Source: Picochlorum sp. SENEW3
Lineage: Eukaryota
Direction of reading: 5' to 3'
NCBI GenBank assembly: GCA_034226945.1
Contig: CP120464.1
Coordinates: 496,001-560,000 of the forward strand
Length of the DNA stretch: 64,000 nucleotides
This document shows positions 1-12,795 of the stretch, in pieces. The notes under the pieces were generated by a model that ran no database searches, was not told the origin of the DNA, and was given only the letters and a program-made list of their open reading frames with translations. The translations under genes and the position numbers were made by a program. The first letter of the stretch is position 1. The number at the start of each line of letters is the position of its first letter.

Positions 1-402
1 GAACCCCTTAACACGGGGCAAGTGACATCCATATCTAATATCGATGTGGGGACAGACGGCTATTTTAGTGTCAATGGGGGGAACTCTTACAGTGTCCAGT
101 GGCTAGGTTATTTCAGAGCTCCAACAACTGGATTTTATACATTCTATGTCAACTCAGATGATGCCAGTTATCTTTGGATCGGGTCTTCTGCAATGCAGGG
201 CTATACTGCAACCAATGCCCTGGCTAAAGTTCCAGGAATACATCCCATGAGAAAGAATGGGGGAACCGTATCCCTCGATCAAGGCACTGTGTATCGACTC
301 AGGATTCAATTCGGAGAAAATACTGGCGGTGACAATATGATTGTCAGCGTAGCGCCACCTGGAGATACCGAAACAACAGATTTAGCCCCATTCCTGGCTT
401 GA
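1..402 (+). CDS. 3' end of a PA14/GLEYA-like carbohydrate-binding domain protein (5' part outside window)
   Basis: YSVQWLGYFRAPTTGFYTFYVNSDDASYLWIG...YRLRIQFGENTGGD matches the PA14/GLEYA pattern; the frame is open back to the window start. Confidence 0.8.
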   Translation, partial: EPLNTGQVTSISNIDVGTDGYFSVNGGNSYSVQWLGYFRAPTTGFYTFYVNSDDASYLWIGSSAMQGYTATNALAKVPGIHPMRKNGGTVSLDQGTVYRLRIQFGENTGGDNMIVSVAPPGDTETTDLAPFLA

Positions 403-1106
403 ACTGCATAGACCATTTCCTCTACAAGTGATCAATAAATAAAGACAGGCTTGCAGCCACCAGCGCACATTTATTTCATTATAATCATCTGTCATTATGA
501 GGTACCACCTCCTATGAATGAAGTAGTAGATCAGCGTCTAGTAGTACAACATTCGAATGCCAATATGAACCGCTATGCTTTGATTGAAGGGTGCTCCCCA
601 TGTGAAGTCAAAGAAGGCAAGCGCCAAAGACAATCCTCTCGCTAATCATCGCCGGCGGTGCTTATTAGAATATTAATATCATTATTTGCTTCATTGTGAC
701 AATACTCTTTGTTTTTTGGACACTTTTACCCAACATTCGTTCTTCTTTCAGACATCAGCGCATCAGTCGACAGAGAGCAATACCTGTCGATATACCAAGA
801 ATGTAGGTTATATTGTCACATGAAATGTATTTGAAGCATGAATTAATGGCATTCGAGGCCTTGTGATGGTCCCAGTGTGAGTTGGTCAGCAGCCATGCGG
901 GAGAGTCGGCAGCAGTCGACGTCAAACAGGGTTGACATTGCAAATATGCCACAGTGTTGCATTATTTATATGTATATTTACACAAAAGTCCTTTTTCTGC
1001 AGTGATATTGAGTTTTGGGGCACTTGGGAGTGTTTTGTTTTTCGCAACGCGTGTTGAGGAGTCGGGGAGTCGTTCTGGGACTATTGCGGGATACTGATAG
1101 AGCAGG

Positions 1107-2573
1107 ATGGATACTTTAAGTAACTCAGGATTTGATCAGGACCAAATGCTGTTGGCTGCGCATGGAATGTCGTCGCTGGGAGCTGGTTTTGTTGGTCAAC
1201 AACATGAACTTGTGTCAGCACAGGCTGGGGCTATGCATCGCAGTCATCAGAAAACCCTGTGGATCGGAGATCTTGCACCATGGATGGACGAGGCGTTTTT
1301 GTATTCGGTATTCAGTCCCACGAAACAGCTGGTTTCTGTGAAGATTATCCGCAACAAGGCCACTGGAGCTTCCGAGGGGTATGCCTTTTTGGAGATGAGT
1401 TCCCACGAAGCAGCGGAGCAGGTGCTGCAGGTGTACAATGGTAGAAGCATACCAGGAACTAGTAACATGGCGTTTCGGTTGAACTGGGCTGCATATGGCG
1501 TGGGGCGAACATCGCAACCAACTCAGGAAGATCACTCTCTCTTTGTGGGAGACTTGGCTCCTGATGTTTCAGATCTGATCCTGCAGGAATACTTTAGGCA
1601 ATTCTATCCATCTGTTAGGAGTGCTAAAGTTATTACAGATGCAGCGACAGGAAGGTCAAAAGGGTATGGTTTTGTCAGGTTTTCTGCCGAGAATGAGCGA
1701 AACATTGCCCTGACAGAGATGAATGGGCATTTTTTGAGTCACAGGCCCATTCGAGTGTCTTTAGCAACTGCAAAGAAGAATGTACAATCTTCTCAAGTGC
1801 AGACGTTGCAGCCTCTTCATCCTTCAGACTTGGATCCCACAAACACAACGTTATTTATTGGTGGTCTGAGTAGTCAGGTGCTTGAGGATCAGCTCCGTGC
1901 GATTTTCAGTCAGTTCGGAGACATCATTTACGTCAAAATACCGCAAGGTAAAGGCTGTGGGTTTGTGCAGTATGTTTTACGGGCGTCGGCAGAGACAGCA
2001 ATGATGGCCATGAATGGAAAAATCTTGGGGAACAGTGCTATGAGGATCTCATGGGGTCGATCATCCAGTCGTTCTCCAAGCCAGCAAAATCTCAATGGAT
2101 CTTTTCAATCATTTGGGAGCGGGTCACTTGATGCAAGTCTGGTCAATGGATTCCACCAGAATGGATTCTCAGGCCATGGCCTCCCATCATCCTTGGCTGC
2201 CTCATTGACATCACAGTCATTGTATACAGCGGGGCAAACTGCTGCTGCTGCTCTTCCATCTGCAGACTTGCTGGCAAGAACGTATGCAGGAGATGGGGCG
2301 CACCCCTTCATTCCTGCAACTGATGGTGCACATCTCCCAGAACCAAACACGTTGCATGACGTGTTCCATGATTCAAGAAGAACGTCCATCAGGGCAAGCA
2401 CTGAGCTAGACAGTCTCCTTGCGGATGGATCAAATCATTCTAATCCATCAGATCCTGGTTCTCATGGCGACAGCGGCCTCCATGATTCCTCATTAGAAGC
2501 GGCATCCTTGCTGCAGAGAGAGTCCCACTCTTCTAGGGATGGGCAGGGTATATTCGGAAATATTGTTGCCTAA
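1107..2573 (+). CDS. RBP45: RBP45/RBP47 (NAM8/Ngr1-like) triple-RRM RNA-binding protein
   Basis: TLWIGDL, FRLNWA, SLFVGDLAPDV, RSKGYGFVRF, DPTNTTLFIGGL, MRISWGR. Confidence 0.9.
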   Translation: MDTLSNSGFDQDQMLLAAHGMSSLGAGFVGQQHELVSAQAGAMHRSHQKTLWIGDLAPWMDEAFLYSVFSPTKQLVSVKIIRNKATGASEGYAFLEMSSHEAAEQVLQVYNGRSIPGTSNMAFRLNWAAYGVGRTSQPTQEDHSLFVGDLAPDVSDLILQEYFRQFYPSVRSAKVITDAATGRSKGYGFVRFSAENERNIALTEMNGHFLSHRPIRVSLATAKKNVQSSQVQTLQPLHPSDLDPTNTTLFIGGLSSQVLEDQLRAIFSQFGDIIYVKIPQGKGCGFVQYVLRASAETAMMAMNGKILGNSAMRISWGRSSSRSPSQQNLNGSFQSFGSGSLDASLVNGFHQNGFSGHGLPSSLAASLTSQSLYTAGQTAAAALPSADLLARTYAGDGAHPFIPATDGAHLPEPNTLHDVFHDSRRTSIRASTELDSLLADGSNHSNPSDPGSHGDSGLHDSSLEAASLLQRESHSSRDGQGIFGNIVA

Positions 2574-2830
2574 TGAAACATGATACTGATGGTGCTTTTC
2601 CATTATTGCTTTTTCGATCACCAAGAACTGCAGTCGTGATTTTGTTCAGTATCATGATAGTTTGGATTATTCTTGCACTTTGAGAGTTATATTTACATTC
2701 GCATAGAGGAAAGGGGGACAAGAAGAAGAGAAACAACAACAGGTTATACAATACATAGTATATGTCTCAATCAATCCATTGGAATCGGATTGCTCATTTC
2801 GTTTTTTGAATCTTTACTTTCAGTGTGTTC

Positions 2831-3481
2831 TCAATACAGCCATGGTAACAATTTCTTCACCTTGCCCTGATATGCCACGTACTCACTGCCATACTTTTCC
2901 AGCAAAAACTTTTCCTCGTGGTCTGCCTTTCGATCCATCACGAAGAATAGCAACAGCACCAAAAAGAGTCTGGTAGCGTCATCTGTGCCCACAGCAAAAC
3001 CCAGCGAACCAATCAAAACACCTCCATACATGGGATGCCTCATATACGAGTACATACCATCCGTAATAAGAGTATGGTCACCATCTCGAGGCTTTGGCAA
3101 TGGCGTCAAATTATCCCCCAGCGAAATCGAACCGGCAACAATTGTTCCCAAGCCAAGGAACAAAAGGACCCAGCCAAGTGTGTTCACAATATCCGCCAAT
3201 CCACTAGGAGGAAACACCACGAGAAAGTTCAAAATCGCTTGAGCAATGAAATAGCCCTCCCCTCTCTTCCCAAACTCCTTGCCATCCACGAGTTCGTCAA
3301 ACAGCTTCCTGGACTCTGTCGGCACTTCTTGCTCCTGCTTCTCCTCCACCGCACGGCATCGGATATGCCTCTTTTTCGGAATATGTGTCCTAGGAAAACC
3401 AACGTATGGCCGTTTCACCGCACACGAGATTGTAACGCGTGCGAATCGCGTTGTTGCTGATGTAAGGACACGTGACACCAT
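2831..3481 (-). CDS. Isoprenylcysteine carboxyl methyltransferase/PEMT-family membrane protein, probable plastid transit peptide
   Basis: LGDNLTPLPKP, LITDGMYSYMRHPMYGG, EEKFLLEKYGSEY. Confidence 0.85.
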   Translation of the reverse strand: MVSRVLTSATTRFARVTISCAVKRPYVGFPRTHIPKKRHIRCRAVEEKQEQEVPTESRKLFDELVDGKEFGKRGEGYFIAQAILNFLVVFPPSGLADIVNTLGWVLLFLGLGTIVAGSISLGDNLTPLPKPRDGDHTLITDGMYSYMRHPMYGGVLIGSLGFAVGTDDATRLFLVLLLFFVMDRKADHEEKFLLEKYGSEYVAYQGKVKKLLPWLY

Positions 3482-3693
3482 GGCGCTATTGTTTGATATA
3501 AATCCGCCTTGTACTGTATTTTATGTTTATATATGAATTCAATGATCCAATTATGGCCCCAAATCTGAAAATCGTGACAAAAGTTTTGAAAATACAATGT
3601 CGTCAGTTCTCTCGTGTGTGGCCCACTTGTACGGAAGATGGAACCTTTCGATGATTAAAAAAATGAGCTACAAAAAGGCATCCGTCGGATACG

Positions 3694-5138
3694 ATGGATA
3701 TCGTTGTGGAAGGAAGTCATCGGTTGAAAGTCCGACGGACTGCGATTCTCGTGTCTTTGGTTGCAATCAACTGTTGCGCCATTGTTGAAAAGGCAGATGA
3801 GTCTGTCCTTCCTGCAGTGCGTCAAAATCAAGTTTATGAGCTTATCCTGGTTTACTTTTGAGTCATTATTTGCATTTCATGGTGTAGGTTTTGATTAATA
3901 TCAGAGAGAGTTTTCCTGAGGCGAGTTTGACGACGCTTGGGTTTGCAACGTTTATCAGAGCCATATTTCAGGCACTCGCGAGTCCAATCGCCGGTGTTCT
4001 CGGTGATGAGTATGACAGGACAAAGATCATACTGTATGGGTGCGTGATATGGGGAGTTGCGATGGGATGCATTGGTCTGTCGACGAATCTGGGTATTCTT
4101 CTCATCTCATGTGGTTGCAATGGCATTGGCCTGTCCCTGGCAATACCAACAATCACCTCCCTCTTGTCAGATTATTCTCATCCCAGTCAGCGAGGGAGGG
4201 TGTTTGGTATGATGGGTTTTGTTGCCAATATGGGGGGTCTCGTGGCTGCATTTTTTGCCACCGGTTTTGCAAGTGAGCACCATCATGGTGGCTGGAGACT
4301 GGTGTTTATCACCATGGCCCTTGTGTCAGTGGTGTGCGGTGTGGTTCAGAGAATACTTGCTGTAGATCCTAGAGATCCCAAGGTCCAAAAATTACGGAAT
4401 GCGGATGTGTACAGCAAATTGGTATCGATGTTCGAGAGTTTGCAAGTGTTGCTCAGAATCCCTAGCTTTCGATTGATTGTTCTACAGGGAATTGTTGGGT
4501 CAATGCCATGGGTATCAATGTCTCTTTTTACGCTATGGCTTCAAAATATTGGGTTTTCGGGTAGAATATCAGCCCATTTAGTCGCTATATTTAGTGTATG
4601 CTGTGCCTTGGGTGGCGTCCTGGGAGGTATCCTAGGAGATTATGCTGCATCAAACATTTCACAGCGCCATGGCCGCATAGCAGTTGGACAGACATCGATT
4701 GCGCTTGGGATACCTGTGTCCATACTGCTCTGTAGAAGAGGAATTTACAATCCTCCTCTGCTTACAGATGGAGCGGAGGCGTACTATCCCTTTGCAGTGT
4801 TGCTGGCACTACTTGGATTGGTGAGCTCTTGGTGTGGATCAAACAATTCTGCCATATTTGCAGAGATCGTGCCACCTACCATGATCACGAGAGTGTTTGC
4901 GTTTGATAGGACATTTGAGGGAGCTGTCGGTGCTCTTGGAGCTCCGCTTGTTGGAGTCATTGCATCGAGAGTGTACGGGTTCTCCTTTGACGATGACTCA
5001 CAAGGGTATGAAAATGGCAGGGCTATCTCTCAGTCTCTCATGTGGTGCCTCTGTGTTCCTTGGGCGATCTGCTTCATCTTTTATTCACTTTTACATAGAA
5101 CGTTTCCATCAGATCGGAGATATGGAAGCGAGAGATGA
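3694..5138 (+). CDS. MFS transporter (spinster-like), 2 exons
   Basis: Exon 1 MDIVV...EKADESVLPA, intron ~3817-3887 (gtgcgt...gtgtag), in frame with the 415-aa ORF; MFS motifs GVLGDEYDR and QRGRVFG; many TM segments. Confidence 0.85.
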
Positions 5139-5301
5139 CAGTACTGCGTTCTTGGACGCTCGTGCCCATCGATTGGTCCCAGGTCCTATGTCGACATCCC
5201 ATCATGCCTACGTACCCATGTGGCGTAAAGGCATTAAGTGGGCTAGTACGTCCGCTTGTACGTAGAAAATTGATATATATATTGAACAGAAAGACTACTA
5301 T

Positions 5302-8300
5302 ATGGTGCATTGGTACGATATGTCCGGAAATATCGCAGACCAATCTACCACTCTTGCCCCTTCTGTCGTGGAGCAGGAAAGTCACTGGGAGAGCCATGGA
5401 GATGAAATTGATACATTTGAGAATGACTGCGTGACTAGAAAAGTTTCCTTGGAACGGAGACTTGAGCAAGCAGAGCAAAGGCGACAGGTGTGTGCAGTTT
5501 GTTTTCGAGTGCCATGCGAAACCCCGTGAAAGAACAATGGAACACATGTCCAAGGGGAACGAAGACAGGGGACCCTCCTTTTTGGTCCCTGAACAAGCAT
5601 TGGGGATATTGGGCACAGTGTTTTCATTATTTATGTGAAGAATTGCCATGTATTGGCAGGAACTACTAGATTCGGGACATGTCGGAATTTTGCTCACATG
5701 TGTTCACTCGAATATTATGCAGGCATTCCTCACGAATATCCAACAGAGGGTGAAAATACATCATGAGAATATTAAAGAGATAATGGACAAGGGTAGGATG
5801 TCTCATGAATCTGCTTTGGAGACGCTCAACCTCAAGCTGGAGGAAGCAGGGCAGAAACGAGAACGGTTTTTGGAAACTGTAAAAGCGAAAGCATCTGTTC
5901 CATCTCAGCGGGTAGAGAAAGTTCGTGCTGCTCAGAAAATGCAAAAGAGACAAAAGGAGCAAAGCATTGAACAGTCTCTGAGCCAGGCAGAGCGGTTGAG
6001 ACGGGAGCGACTGGCAGAGGCTTCCATGTCTGCTGCCAAGCATTGCCAGCAGGTTGTCCAAAAGGCGCGTGAGATGCGAGAGAAGGAGCGTCAGGAGGCA
6101 GAAGATAAAATACGTTTGTATCATCAAAGGCAACAGGCTGCTGCGGACGCTCGGCGCAGGTTGACAGCGAATCAGCAGGAGTCGCTTTTGACTGCGGCCC
6201 TGTCGAATGGGAGACAGAAGGACAGGGTTCCGAAGACGCCAGAGAAAGATGAGACAAACAAAATTCAGCATGATAAGAAACGAGTCGTTCATAGATCACA
6301 GAGGCGCAGATCAGAGCTGACACTGGAGAAGGCCATTGCACAGTTTTATGAATCTGGGATTCCAACCATGATCCTAGGGAGAGGTATATTGAAGGATGAG
6401 AGCGGCCTACAAAGCTCTTTGACAGAATTATCGGAAAGTTTGGCATCCTCAATGGACTCTGGTAGAGCACCGGTGCCAATGACTCATCAAGTGTCAAACA
6501 GCACAATTGAAGAGGACTCTGATTCTGACAATGAGGGAATGTCTTTTGACAGGTTTGCGGAATTGATCGCTGATTTGCGTATTTTGAGATCTGTGCAAAA
6601 GATTTTGTCTGAAATTCAGTCAGTGCACGAAGAGGGGATTGGCGCTTCGAGCCAAAAGGCACGATATCCAACCAGAATATTTTTGTCAGCCTTTATGGTG
6701 GTCAACTACCCCGAGGTTGTTCTTTCTGGTATTGGCGCTCAAGAAACGAAACTGACCATGTGTGCTAGGGCAATGATTACAGCGTTCGATGATCTAGTCA
6801 AGGATGCAAAGCATGAAAATGTCATCATATTCAGCAAATCTATGGTGGAGAATTTTGATTCAACATGGATTGTATTTCAAGAGCAGTTTTGTGCTTGGAA
6901 ATCCCACGATGCTGCGGGCCTCGAGTCAGACTTGATTAAGGCTGCTGTTGAGCTAGAATCTTCTCGATTGTTGAAGATTGTGAATGTGACTGATAAGATC
7001 CGACACATGGCTGATATGGAAGCTCTCTCACAAGGCGTTGATCATGATCTCCAGTTGATTGAAGACAGAATTTCTTCTCTTACAGGCGAGGGGGGCGTGG
7101 CCAGGCTCAGAGCTGCACTCGAAGCCACGAGGTCCCACGTGCAGGAAACGAACAGCGAGGCATTCAGCTCTGGAAGCATCTCAACGAAGAACGCGTGCTC
7201 GCAGCCATCCCTTGCAGCACAAGGGAATGGCACCTGTGACTCTGCTCAAGAATGTGCCCTCGTGGACAAAACCATGCAGGGTGAAGGGGCCAGTGAGTGG
7301 GATAACTTGTCCCTTATATGGAATTTATTGTATGATCCAGAGTGGAGACTGCCAACAAAAGTTTTAGAGATGCAGTGGGATGATGCACTTGGAAAGTCAG
7401 ACCCCTTTATGGAGACTGCAGATGAAGAGGATGATGCAACTTTGAAGCTTTTGAGTACCAGAAAAAGAGAAATTGAGCGATGGAAAAGTCTCGAGGATAC
7501 ATTAAAGGATATAGATGGAACCGACAACAAGTTCAATACGCTATTGAACATTCTGATAACCTTTCTTGAGCGCCTGCAATCATTTGCACCCAAGTACGTC
7601 TCGCACGAATTTGCAAGTGCCTTTGGCTCTACAGAAGACATGAAAAGTGCATTGACTATGGTTCAAAACAGTGCAGTATCTTGGATCAATGTCTCAATAG
7701 CCTTTGACTACATTGAGTGGTGCTCCAAAACAATTGCACAACTGTGTGCTCCATACAGGGATTCTGAAATTCAGATTGCACAGAAACTCATGTCAGAACA
7801 GGTCAAGGAAGCTCTTGTTGCTCAGCATACTTGCGAAGCAATCTTGACAGCATTGGTCCAATGTTTGAGAATGACAGAACTCCAAATCAGGCTCCTAGGC
7901 ATGGACCTTGCCAATGCTCATTTGGAAGCCCTCACCTCGCACTTTTCAAGGCTTAGCCTGGCAGTCCGTGTGGCCTACGCTCGTCGCAAATTTAGTCACG
8001 AGCTTGATCTCACAGAAACCGAAGAAAACGAATATGACGCAGAAATTCTGAAGTCAAAATTGCCAAAGACAAGGGGCTGGCTCGCAATTGCCTCTGGAAA
8101 GCTCCCTCGAGTTGCAGCAGATTTGGGGCATTTGGACAACGCAGACTCCTCTGCGTCTCCAAATCAGATATCTACCGTACAAATGAGAACCGGATTTGAT
8201 ATCACACAATCTACTGTCCAGGAAGCAGGGCCTGACAGTGTAGAGATCCCAAAGCTCGCTCTCAAGCCCATCTCTAGCATGTCCTCATGGAAAGGCCTTG

Positions 8301-8926
8301 TGCGCATTGGCTTGGTACACCTTGTCTCTGGTGACGGCGCAATTGGGTCTCTAAGCTTACCAGAGACACTGAAGCGAGACTATGTACGACTATTCGAGAT
8401 GAAGAATAATTTCCAAATCATCACAGTGCTCGCCATCTGCATGAGCATCATCGACAGCAGTGTCTCAAAAAATGAGAGGACCAGCATGACAGACACAGTA
8501 CTACTGGATCAGAAAAAGACCGCCAAGGCTAGAATACAATCCATTTTGCAAGATCCTGGTGTATCCCTCAAGGACATCAGCCTTGAAGTAAGCAAATGTG
8601 TGATGACAGTAGACCCAACCGTCGAAAGCCTTGACGCTCTGGCAGCACATATGAGCACCATTCTAAAAGCATTATTGCACAGATCTAGTCAACAGGGCCG
8701 CCACATCACAGAAACCCTAAGCAGCATGCTCTTGCACCTTTTGACAAAACATGATTGCGATACACAAATTTACACACTATGTCAAAAGATCGGTGCGCCG
8801 GAAATATCACCAGAGGTGCTCTCTTTGGGCAAGGACATGAGACAGCTTGCGGCTGTCACTGAAGCCGTATGCAAACCTTGGTACCAATCCTTGTCCTCAG
8901 AATTCCTCAGAGATAACTCATCCTAA
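5302..8926 (+). CDS. T-complex protein 11 (TCP11/Sok1)-domain protein with N-terminal coiled coil
   Basis: RYPTRIFLSAFMV, FQEQFCAWKSHD, CAPYRD, LGMDLANAHL, LPETLKRD; probable exon 1 5302-5487 and intron 5488-5722. Confidence 0.8.
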
Positions 8927-8944
8927 ATATTCATTACATGATTT

Positions 8945-9730
8945 TCAATGTAAAATTTGAATTGTAGCTATACGGACAACACACCACAATGCTTGGATTG
9001 CACACACAAGAAGGAAAGACCCATCCCTCTCAATCCAAGCCTGTAACCTTGCATTCAATCCCGGATACTTCATCAACAGGGCAAAACTCGGCAGAATAAA
9101 ACCAAACACCAACGTCAACCATACATTCACCGACAAACATGCCGAACTATCAGTCGTCAACTCATCCAACACTCTCTGCGGGGATCCAGACATGAGGCGA
9201 AATGGCCAATCAAGCACAGTCATCATTGTTCGAAACTTGCCCATGTTCAAGGACGCAAAGGTATCCCCACCAACGCTCGACGAACTTCGACACGTGACTG
9301 GAGCTAATCGAAACGCTAGAATAGAATGAAGCGCTTGCATGATCAAGTGATACTTCATAGGCAACAGCCATCCGAAACAGCCCCAGCCAATCACCAGACT
9401 TCGAGAAAAATACAACAAATTCACGAGAAAAGATGGCCAGGGAAACAACCGGTGAGGAATATCTTCGTAATTGGCAGTCGTTCCAGCAATGAATGATAGC
9501 CTCAGTAACATGATTATCACATTCCTCCATCTTTCATAGAAATCAAAGTTCAAGTACATGATGACTGGGCAAGCAATGGCATTGAACACCATACCAATTG
9601 TCTGCTCCCATGGAAAAGATGTCTCTCGTTCTGGATTTGTTCCCTCATAATACACAAAAACAATGCAAATCAGACCACCAACTATCGATGATATGAGATC
9701 TATACGACTCAAAAGGCGTATAGAGTACAT
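8945..9730 (-). CDS. Multi-pass membrane protein of unknown function
   Basis: 261-aa ATG ORF with several hydrophobic segments filling the intergenic space. Confidence 0.65.
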   Translation of the reverse strand: MYSIRLLSRIDLISSIVGGLICIVFVYYEGTNPERETSFPWEQTIGMVFNAIACPVIMYLNFDFYERWRNVIIMLLRLSFIAGTTANYEDIPHRLFPWPSFLVNLLYFSRSLVIGWGCFGWLLPMKYHLIMQALHSILAFRLAPVTCRSSSSVGGDTFASLNMGKFRTMMTVLDWPFRLMSGSPQRVLDELTTDSSACLSVNVWLTLVFGFILPSFALLMKYPGLNARLQAWIERDGSFLLVCAIQALWCVVRIATIQILH

Positions 9731-10117
9731 TCTCTTGCCTTCTATTTCTTTCTTGCCGTAGCCCTATACTCTGTACTCCCGCAGCTTGTTCGTATGCGCT
9801 TGCACCCACCTAAGAATGGACCAAGAAATGTTCAAAATAAGAAATCTTTGGATACAGAGGGATTTGATCCAAGTTTTTGGGTGAAAAACGCATCTATCAG
9901 GTGTCGAACAAAAAGTACCGTGACCTTACTAGCATCCCTCTATTCCTCAATCAAAATGCTATATATCCAATTATTACTTTTGTGAATTAATAAATTATTA
10001 TTATTTGGGAACTGGAATGCGTATCAACGGCTGATATGAACACATCTGCTTGAGGAGCCATGACGGGGCAATTATTGCTCATCCAGGATGATCCATTTTC
10101 ATGAATAGCAGTGATCA

Positions 10118-12451
10118 CTAGGGCCCTGTTGTTGGCTTCCATTCTGTGTCAACCCATTTTGAGAATCTATTAGTATGGGGAATGCTATCAAACCACATGT
10201 CATACCAGACATGACCAGGTTGTCCCTGTGATGGTGGCTCAACACAGCACCACAGGCTGGTGCTTTGGGTATACCTGGCAGAGAATTTGTCAGCAGCCTC
10301 GTGGGAGGCAAAGCCTTTCCACAACTTTACTGGATTCTCGAATTCTAAGAGCTTGTATCTTGCTGCAATCGATGACAGGGCCGTCCTGATCTGCTCATCT
10401 GTTCTCTGAGCCTTGATCTTGACAAACTTTCCTTCAATGATGGTGGCTTCTTTGCTTCCATCGTCGCATACCTTGCTCTTTTCGGCACATGTAGTCACCA
10501 CTAATTTATTTGATTGGATATCAGAGGCTTTTGGATTGTCTAAAAATGAGTATTCTCTCCATTCTACCTTTGGGCCATGGGTGGCTTCATCGAGGTCCTT
10601 CTCCAGCCATTCAAGGTCCATGACGTGGTCCAATGGACAGACAAACGGCAAGTCGAGCGAAGACGCGCCTGGAATAATACCATCGTGAGGGGCCCACCAA
10701 CGATCCATACCACAGTATAATTTTGGCATGACGACGGCCCTACCGAGGGGTGTGCCCAATGCAAACAGGGTTCGAATAGTTTTGAGTTGGGCATTGACAA
10801 GATTGAAATGCGGGACTGTTGAGTTCAAATCAAACTGCCTCTCTCCTTCCCGGACTGCTCTCAAAAGCCTCTCAGAAACTTTATGAGGCGATGATATAAA
10901 CCCTGCTGCATGTTCAAAGTACGAATCTGGGTCATGCCAGAGGAGCTTTTCTCTGAATCTGTTCCTCTTGCCGGGAGTCCCACTGTACTGAAAGGTTGCA
11001 TGGACGACATATGGGTCCAAGCCAAGTTTTTCTGGCATATTTTGCACGAAATATGTGTGACCACTACAGAACATGGACACGGGAAGGATGCCCATGGTTA
11101 ATGTTGCATTATATCCTCTGCACAGAGAAAGACACACACAAACAGGTCAGAGATGGGCGACACTCCTTGCAGGCATACTGACGTACAAAAATAAGCGATC
11201 CTTGTCGTCTGATGTCGTTGTCGCTATTCTAAATAAATCATTGAACGCATTCTGATCCCAATAGTTTTCATCCTTCTCCAGAGCTGCCACCCATTTGTCT
11301 ACGAATTCTGCCGCCTTGGGTCTGAAGAGCATGATGCCAATATTGGCTGCAGAACCTGCGTCTGGGTATTTTTCTAATCCTCCATCATCTACCGTTGCTC
11401 CTAAATGATCCGAAGATACTAAAATATCTGCACTAGGATATTTGGTTAGATATGGTAGGGGGTTTTTCATCCACACTGTGTCAACATCTGATATGAGCAC
11501 TTCATATCCCCATTTCGTAAATGTCTGCAGCAAAGATATCTTTTCTCTCCCCATCTTAAAGAACGTTGAGGATCCCCATCCAAAATCATCCAAGCTTAGA
11601 CCACTAGACATGGCAAATGATGGAATATCCTTCTCCACAAGTACTTTTAGCAATTCATCATCCATGGCTCCTACCAAGTATGTCTCACACCCAGTGGCTT
11701 GTATATGATAGACCCAGTTTAACACAAAATCCAAGTAGTGGTAGTTTGCCCACGTCACCACCACTGGAGCAAGTTTCTCATCATTTGTAGATGATGAAGA
11801 CCCACGCTTGGCCACTGTCTCTATTAGCTCTTTGGTCAGCCTGCCACCGTTACTGGTGGTGGTATCCTTTTCATCTTGGCTCTTCTTCTTCTCCTTTTTA
11901 TGGCTGGTTGGAGCCATTGCAGGAGCGATTGCAGGGGCCATTCCCGGAGTCTCTGCAGCATGCTCCTCCTCCTCTGGATTCTTTTCTGCATCAGGAGAAG
12001 GAGAGGGAGCAACAGCAGCAGGTACTGTATCGTTCGTGGACTGATCCTGCTTTGTACTCTTCTGTTGCTGAACTTCACCTGCACCTAAAAGGAAATATCC
12101 AGTACCATATACACCTCATCCCCATGCAAGATCTCATCTTTCATAAAACAGTTTCCATTCTCATATTCGCAAGAATAGAATAAGAATAAAGGACGCACCA
12201 GGCACCGGAGCACTCACGCCCTCTTCAATCCCAACGCTCTCCGTCTGTCCCTCTCCAACCGATGATTCCGTCTCTCCTCCAAATTCAACCATGGGCTTGA
12301 CTTTATAATACGCATTTCTATATATCTCTCTGGTCGGAGCATGAAAAAGGTGCGAGAAGACGATAAACGTTGCAAAGACAAAGACCAACACAAAGATCAG
12401 GTTATATCCTGAACGACCATGGGTCGCATTGCGACCCAGCATGGCCCCCAT
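10118..12451 (-). CDS. XEG113: GT77 arabinosyltransferase, XEG113-like (multi-exon)
   Basis: N-terminal TM, Pro/Ala stem, VVTWANYHYLDFVLNW, SDVDTVW, WDQNAFN, FCSGHTYF, HATFQYSGTPGKRNRFRE, CPLDHV. Confidence 0.85.
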
Positions 12452-12795
12452 CCGATCCTTCTGTACAACAACAACTACTAGCAGAATATGACAAAGAACA
12501 TCATCGTAAATCAAACCCAGAGTTTGTACACAATCGCCCAGGACAGCACTATTCATGATGTAGACCATCAAAGGCTCAGTTTGATGGGCACATTCGCTTC
12601 CCGTCAATCATATCTATATGCCTTAATTAAGGCAAAGAGGCGCCCAAAATTGAAATCGGGCGGAACTAACAATGCATGTTTTGAATGCCCTTGAGCATCG
12701 ATACAAGCAGTGCCCATGCCAAATACATACTTGTAAAGTGTAAACTATTCATAATTTTGAAATTGAACAGTCTGCTGAGGTTCAAAGGTATACGA

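Noticed and set aside
5666..6671. Long minus-strand ORFs (208 and 279 aa)
   Set aside because: Antisense shadows of the TCP11 coiled-coil region.
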